From: a virus
Direction: 5' to 3' (one strand)
Length of the DNA stretch: 64,000 nucleotides
IMG/VR virus record: IMGVR_UViG_3300012017_000779
Location: 18,179-82,178 of that record
The notes under the pieces are model-generated. The model was not told the DNA's origin. It worked only from the letters and a program-made list of their open reading frames with translations, and searched no databases. A program made the translations under genes and the position numbers. Shown here piece after piece: positions 1 through 9,000 of the stretch. How positions within the stretch are numbered: position 1 is the stretch's first letter; every line of letters starts with the position of its first letter.

Positions 1-3000
1 CCCGGTATCTTGATCAATTAAATCATAGTTAAAGTTTTTATTTAACTTCCATGTACTTACACCTACTGTAAAAGTTATTGGAGGTTTACCAGTAGCTATA
101 AAAAGACTTTCATAAACTTCTCTAGCTTCATTAAGTCCTTCAAGTTCTTTTTTAATAGGAGCACTAGTAGATGGTTGAGACCAATCATATTTATTAATTA
201 AATAATCTAAAGCTGTAGCATGAGACGGTTCTCCAAGTTCTGCATAATATTGAAGTTGTCTTCCTTTTAATTTACCTGATTTTAAAACATCTAGAATAAA
301 TGCTTTTCTTTTTGGTTTAACATCTTTAAATTTATCAGTAGTTAACCAATCAATATAATTTATAACTGCTTCTTTAGTAGTATTAGTTTTTATAGTACCT
401 GTTCTATTAAAAGAAGCCCAAGGATTACTAAAACTATTTACATCACTAACCACTTCCATAGTATAAACTCTATTGTTAGCTTTTGCTTCTTTTATATTAG
501 CATCCCTATCATATTTACCATCTTTAGTTTTAATGTTAGAAATAACTACATTTTTATTTTCTAATTGAGAATATATATCATTACTATTAACACTAGTAGA
601 TGATTGAGTAGCAAGTGCAGTTTTAAGTTGTGCTCTCCAATTAGTATCAGCCATATTAATAGTTGGTATACCTTTTCTTCTAGCCATTTCAACAGCTTGT
701 CCTGTTCCTCCTTTAGGTCTTAAAGGATCAGCTGTTTCTTTAGCATAGAATATTACAAAGTCTACTGGAGTATCAAGATTTTTACCAAATATTTGATTAG
801 TATTTCTAGCCATTAAATTAGCTACAAATGCAGCAGATCTTTCAGGATCATTTCCTTTTGTTATAGCTTTTTTTCTAGTGCTATCTAACATTACATTCCA
901 AGCAGGATGAATTTCTTCTGCTATTTTAAGTTCTTTTTCTCCAGTTTTTACACTACCAATAAATATTTCTTTTAAAGATGTTACACCTTTTTCAAATGCA
1001 GCATCTGCACCAGCTGCTCCACCACTTCTTAATGTATATCCTAAAGACTCTAAATATTTAGCAACTTCTGGCATAACATCAAGAACTTCTTGTGGAGTTT
1101 CTCTAGATCCTATACCTGCATAAGTCATAGTAGGTGTAGTAGATTTACTAGGAAGAGAATCAAATACAGGTCTATCACCTGATACAGGTGGTTGAGTAGG
1201 TTGACCAGTAGTAATTTTATAACCAGTTTTTAAATCAACATTTTCAATAACAATTTCACCTCCATCTTTATCTACTAAATTATATAAATTATTTTTTTGT
1301 AAAATCCATGATGTACTATGTGGTGCTTTTTCATTTTTTCCTGTTTGTGAATTATAAAATTCTTTAAAAAATGTAGAAGGAGTAAAAAATTCTTTAGGTT
1401 TAACACCATTAGATTTTTCTAAATATGTATTATATGCAGCAATATCATCATCTGATATAATTTTAGTTTTAATAATATTTTCTTCATTTTCTAAATCAAA
1501 TTCTATTTCTATGCCATCATCAATATCTTTTTTAACAGGATTGTTATATTGATCTGCATTTTCAGTATATTCAATAAACTGTCTATTTTTTACATCTATT
1601 ACTTTACTAAAAATATTATTTAAAGTAACAAAAGAAAAATCTTTACTTTCTAAATCATTAATAAAAAATGTTGATGCATCAATCATTTCATCTGTAAATT
1701 TTTTAGCATCTAGAACTCTATTGATACTTAATTTACTATTTCCAAAACCATGTTGATAAAAAAGAATTAATGAAAAAGGTTTAAAAAATTCTAAAGATTT
1801 TTTATCTTTATTTATTGTAGGATCTGCTAGATCTTTTAAGTTTTTATTATAAATAGAAGATATTTCTTTAGTTAATAAAGATTTGTTATTTAAACTTAAT
1901 ACTTTATTTATATTTCTTTTATTACTTTTTAAAACTATATGATTTAAAACTGGAAAATTTACTTTTGTATCATCAAAGTTATTTATAATATTCATTATAC
2001 TTTCTGAATATGAATATTTAGTTTTTCCCATTATGTATGGAGAATTAAAACTTTTTAATAAAGCAACTTCAGATAAGTATTCTTCAGTTACTTCAGTATC
2101 AATTAAAGAATCTCTTAGTACTTCTCTTTCCATTACATATCTTACATAACTTGAAAATGTTTGAAATGGATTTTTATTTTTTTCAAACACATCTAAAGCA
2201 TCATCATTTAAAAATATTTTATTATCAAAATCTGATTTTAATTTTTCTTCATTTACAATTATATTTTTTCCAACAATTACATCTTGTTGTATTGTATTAT
2301 CAATTATAACATTTTTAGAACTTAAAGCTTTAGGAATAGTTATATGTTTTCCATTTACTGGATCAGTAAAATTAGACATATAGTTTTGATATATATAATC
2401 TACCACAGCATTATTATATGATGAAGTAAAATATTCTTCACCTTTAACACCTTTACCAAATTTTCTTGTAATTCTAGCTCTTTCTTTTAATAACTTTTCA
2501 GAAATAAAAGAAGAAATATTTTTATCTAATCTTAATTTAAATAAAGGTTTGATTAAATCAATCATTAATGCATCCTGATTAAAAGATGAAAGCAAAGAAT
2601 CTTTCATTAAAGCAGTAAGAAACTCTTGATCTATTTTAGAATTTCTTTTTAATTTATCAAAAAGTTCTATTCTTTTTATAACTTGTTGTAATGTAGTAAG
2701 TTTACTAGTATCTGGTGCATAAATCATTTGCAATGTTTCCAGACCTTCATATTGTTTTTCTAGTTCAATAAAATTTAAAAATAAAGCCAAAGATTTTAAA
2801 GATGCATCATTATTCATTGATTCTTTTAAATCAGATATGTTAATATCATCTTTAAATAATTCTTTAGATAAAACTTCTGATAAATAAACATAGTTGTTAC
2901 TAAAATCATAAGTTTTAGTTTTATTATCAAGAATTTTATTTTCAAGACTTTTTACTATATCATATACAACTTCATTATTATTACTTTTAATGCTGATAAT

Positions 3001-6000
3001 ATTTAATGGATTAATTTTTTTATTATTTAATCCTTTTATTAATTCATTTAAAGTATAATAAAATGATTGTTTTTTATTATCTTTTATTAAATATTCATCA
3101 TCAGCAGGATATATTTTTTCTAAAGACTTTATTGTAGTTCTTAATTTTAATAATGTAACACTATTAATAACTCTTTGTAATTCATCTGGTGCTAAAGTAT
3201 TTAAAATTTTATTGCTTATTTCTGATGCAATATTATATTTATTACTTTTTTCAAATTGAGCATCTGTAGAAATTAATGGATTTAAAGAACTATTTTCTAA
3301 TCTTTGTTTAAAAAAGTATTCTCTAATTAAAGGTTGAGTTACAAAATAAAAAACTTCTTCTTCATCTACACCTGCTTGCATTAAATAACTTATTACACCT
3401 ATTCCTTCAGGAGTTAGTTGTAAAACAAAAGGGAAAGAATTTTTTGCTCTATCTAAAATACCGTTAAGCATGTGTGAATTAAGATCTGTAATTCTATTTC
3501 CTTTTTGAGACTTATTACCTGATATAGAAATTACTTCATCACCATTTTTTGATTTTATAATGTTGTGTTTAAATCTTATAATAAAAGGAATGTCAATTAA
3601 ACCATCTTCAAATTCACGTAAATTTTTATTAAAAACAGAGTTTTTATATGACTTTGGCATCTTAGCACCCAACATTTTAAAGAGCACATGATTCTTTGTA
3701 TTTTTAGCTTGTATTCCTAATGAAGGTTCTAAAGATAAATTAGCAGCAAACTTGTATAAATTATAGATATAATCATAATTTCTTGAAGGACTTATAATTT
3801 CTTTTTTTCCATCTGCACTTTTATTTTTTTCACCAACTTTACTATCAGTATGAGAAACATTATCTAATCTATTATACTCATTTACAATATTATTTTCTAA
3901 AGATTTACTATATTTTTCTACTAAATATGTTAAATTAGGTTTTGTAAGTATTGCAAAGTTTTCAGGAAGAGTTAAAATATCTAAACTTATTTTAATGTAT
4001 TGATTTTGTAAATACTTTTCTTGCTGTTTAATTAATTTATTAGATGTTAATGCACCTAATTCAAGTGTACCAGTAAACTCTTTATCTTTTGTTTCTTTTA
4101 ATATTTTATTAAAGTTTTTTATTGGAGTATTTATATAATTACCTTCTATATCAATATTAGGCATACTCATAAATAATTTATCACCATCATAATCAGAACC
4201 TGATTTAGCAACTATTTCTGTTGGAACAATAATAGCATTACCATAACTTTCATCTAGAAAATGCCATACCTCAGCTCCTTCAATTGTACTTAATGCATCA
4301 TTAGGAATCCTTGGACCATATAAAGATATTGAAAGTCTATTTTTTTCTAACCAAGCATCATCTTTAATTAATTCATTTAATCTTGTTATAGTACCAATTT
4401 TATTACCTTGTAAGTCATTTCCATTTAAAAGATTAATAAAGTCTCCTTGCAATGCAATAGCTACTTTCATTAAACCTGTTCTACCATTTTTATTTCGTAT
4501 GTAAGAAGGCAGTGTATTTGTACCTAATACTTTTTTAATTTCAGAAACTTTAGTAATTGTTTTATATTGAGTATTCCAAAGTCCATTTGTAAATGTAGAA
4601 GCAGCTTGAGTTAAAGGTTCACCATTAATTGTTTGTTTAATTAATCTTGATTGAACAATACTCATTATAAGTTTTTCAATTGTTTGAGCTTCAGGATGTA
4701 TAGAAAAATCCATAGATGCAGCATTACCTTTTTTAGTTGCATTTAATAATCTAATTAAATGGTCAGGCACATCTCTTTCATCTAAGTTATCTCTGATAAT
4801 TTTTATAAACTTTGAAAAATCACCATTGCTTACATATTTTCCATCTTTTTCAGTAAAACCAATTTCATTAAGTAATTTTAATTTAAGTAATGCACTATAG
4901 TCATTTACTATTTTACTATAACTATCTAATGTTTTTTTATTTTTTGGATTAATTAACTCTCCATTATCATATAATGTGTCTGTTAATATTACTCTTGTTT
5001 GTGTAGCAATTGGAAGACTTCCTTTAAAGGTGTCATTAATGACTGTAACTTCTTTTAAGTTAGCAAGGTATACTGGATTAATAGTAAATGTAAAATCATC
5101 ACTGATGCCAGTATTTTCAGTTTTATCTTCAAAAATATCATCAGTTTCTTTATTACTAGTAAGTTCAGAACCTTTTGAACCTGATTTAAAAGTTACATAC
5201 TGAACATTATCTTTTAACATTTTAAGATGCAACTTATATAGTTCAGATCCTTCTTTTGCATTCACTCCTGGTATTAAAGGACTAACAGCAAATTTATGCA
5301 TAGCAATTGCTGGCAAATACTTATTTTTTATAGCACCAAATAAATGTAACTTATATATAGGAAAAAATTGTTTAACTGTATTTGGATCAATAGTTTCTCC
5401 TTTAACAATTTTTTGATATAAACTTTCTTGCTCCATTGACCAGCCTCTTCCACTTACTTTATGTAATATTCTATAGGCATCAATAGTCATAAAAGCCATA
5501 CCATCACTTTCAACTATTTTTTCATAAGCTTCTCTATCTTCTTTGATTCTTTCTTCAGTCTCTGCTTCACTAAAAGTTTTTAAATAATCTTCTCTCCAAG
5601 CTTCAACTAAATCATCTATATAAATAGATTCTCTTGTAGCATCTTTAATAACTCCTGTATTTATTACTTCACTAAATACATATTTATTATAATCTATATT
5701 ATCTTTACTTAAGCTTTTGTTAAGTTCAGAAGCATAAGTAGCATTTGTTTCTGTAGGTTTGTTAAATGTGTTATTAATAAAATTAATAGTTCCTTCATCA
5801 AATAAAAATCTAATACCATCAGAAGTACCACCTGGTATTCTTTTAGTCCAATCTTCTTTTGAATGATCCCATTGAGCTATATCTCCAAATAATAAAGTTG
5901 AGGTTTCAAATTTATATATCCAATCATTATATAAAAAAGCTTTTAATAATACATCAGATAATTCTTCATTTTCATTAAGCATATTTAAGTCAGCTTGATT

Positions 6001-9000
6001 ATTGACCTCCATACCAAGTTTTTTATATATACCTTTTGAGAATATATTTTTTTCTTTAATAGGATTATAATAATATTTTTTAAGCTCACTTACTTTATCA
6101 TTAAAATATTTTTTAATTTCATTTTGAATATTATTTTTTAAATCTGCATTATCTTTTTGTTTTAAAAGTTCAAGTAATGTTGATATTGTATCTTCTTTAA
6201 CAGCTAACTTATATAATTCATTTTTAGTTTTATCAGATAATAAATTATCAAATGCTGAAAATACTTCACCTGCATAAACATCTTTTCCTTTTACTTTTTT
6301 TACTACTTGATTAAATCCACTTATTTTTAATAATTCATCTCTATCAGGACCTTTGAATTTTTTTATTCTATCAAATTCACTTTCTATATATTTTAATAGA
6401 TAACCTTCAATAGCATATGTTTCACCAGTATTTTCTTGAAAAGTAAACATTATTGGATCAACAAAAATATTATCATCAGTTCCTTTTGTTCCATCTGCAA
6501 GAGTTGGTTTAAGTAAACCTCCTTTCACTGTTAAACCAAAAGACATCTTCTTATCTGCTGTTCTTCCTAACTCAGCTTTACCATTAAGAAGCATCATATT
6601 AATATCCTGTATAAATTTACTAAAAGGGTCTAATTTAGTAGTTATTGTTCCTGAACCATCCATTTCAGAAGTACCATCTATTACAATTAAATTTAAATTT
6701 TTGCCTTTAATTTTAACTTTATCAATACCAAATAAACTCTGAAACATTACAAGATTCTTAGTAAAAGCATTTATTTTTGGATCTAAAAAATTCATGTGAT
6801 TAAGAATAGGATTTTTACCATTCCATAATTCATCTTGTTTAGATACAGAATTTATTGCATATAAGTTATTTGTAACTGAACTTGCATTCATTGTTTCATA
6901 TGCAACATTACCATCAGCTCTAATTACAGCATTAGTTGAACTATCAAATCCATATTGAGATTGAAGTTTTGCTAAATTTTTTATTTGTGTATTTTGTTTA
7001 ATAACATTTACTTTATCTATCTCTGGTAAAATATTTTTAGGAATTTCTTCTTTTAATATTTTTATTGGATTTTCTTTAAAGTCTTTTATATATTTTTTTT
7101 GTAAAGCTGTTTTTTGTGGAAGTTTATCAACATTATTAAAGGCATTTAAAATTCTAAATATATATTTTAATCCATAAGGTGTAGAATTATTTTTTAATTC
7201 ATCTTTAATATTATTATTATTGGCTAATCCTATTCCTATGGCATTTGCAAATTCTAATTGTTTATTAATATCAAGTTCATTTTCTTTTGTTTGTTTAAAT
7301 TCACTAACAACTTTATCTAAATTTAAATTAGGGACATTAGCTACAACATCTATAAACTCATTATAAATACTTAAACTATTAAATTCAGATATCCATTTCT
7401 CAATAATAGAAGAAGTTTCCATAGAAAGTTCAATTACTTGAAAGTTTACAGTTTCATCACGGGATGCAACTAATTGTACATATTTAACATTAGGTTTTCC
7501 AAAATCATTAAAAAATGATACACTTAAGTCATACTCAAAAGTATTTGTAGTGTTAGGTTCAGGATATTTTTCTTCAAAGAATTGTTTTAATTCTGGATAT
7601 TTTTTATATTCTTTTTCTAATTTTTTATATGCTTCATCTCTATCTGATATATTACCAATTATTGCATATAACATATTAAATATATCTGAAAAATCAGCTC
7701 TTTCTTTAAATCCAAATCTATCAACAGGTGTGCTAATATCTCCATTTTTGTTTCTAACAACTTTAAATAAAGATTTTATTACATATATAGTTTCTTTAGA
7801 TAACATGTCCTGAAGTGATATTTTTCCAGGTACAGCATCTATTGTTAATTCATCAACTCCTTCTTCTTGTTCTGTTTCTTCTTTTGCATCTACTGCAATA
7901 TCATATACTTTTTTTGAAGTTTTAAAATCACTATTTTCTGAATGATATTTAATTACACCTGACCCTTTACTTCCCCAGTTATCAAGTGTTGTTTGTAGTA
8001 TTCTTATATTATCAAGTATAACAGATTGTTCCGGACTTAAAACAGTTTCTGATATAGAATCAGTAATTAATTCTGTATAATTTTCAGTTACACCTTCTAT
8101 TTTATTAAATTTTTCTTGTTCTTTCTTAAGTTTATCTTCTAGAATTTTTTTAGTTTCTCTATACAAATATTCTTTTTGTTCAATACCTTTTAAAAATAAA
8201 ACATTAGCTGCTTTTAAATTTTGTTTTCCAGCTGCTTTTCTTTTATTATATATGTCACTTAATAGTTCAGCCCATATATTATCTATTGTCATGGTTACTT
8301 CTAAAGAATCTTGATTACTTAATATATCTATAGAAGGATTATTAACTTTTCTAATTCCACGGTCAAGTTCATATAAAATAGCATTTTCTATTAAAGGTTT
8401 ATAACTATTAATCTCTCCTATATATAACTTATTAAATAAGTCTTTTGCCATAGGAGAATTCATGCTATCAACAAGTATATCTTTTTTAGAAAAAACATTT
8501 AGTTTACCAAATAATGCTTTTAAAAAATTAAGCATTTTTCTAAACAAAGTATTTTTAACTGGTGTCTCAGGACTTGGCTTTTGATTTTTAGCATAGTTTC
8601 TAAAATCTTCAGCTAACATTTCTTCTAACTCTAAATAAGATTTATTTATATTTGGTTTATTCCCTTTTGAATCAGTATAATTTCTTAATTCAGTATATAA
8701 TTTAATTTTATCTTGAGGAGTCAAAAACAATTGTGAAAATATATGCCATGCTTCATGATACAAAGTAAGATTTTGGAATATATCTCCTTGTTTTCTATTT
8801 ACTGCTATAGTTGCTAAACTTCCATCTGGATTAGCTATTTTACTTGCATTAACTATAAATGTTGCATAAACATCTGAATTAACTAAGTTAAACACTTGTT
8901 TAAAAGAAATTACTTTTCTTAATGGTTCAAGTGCTTTACTATTCCACCAAGTATTGATATCTTCAAGTTGTTCTTGAGTTATTTTTTCTTTTTTAAATCC

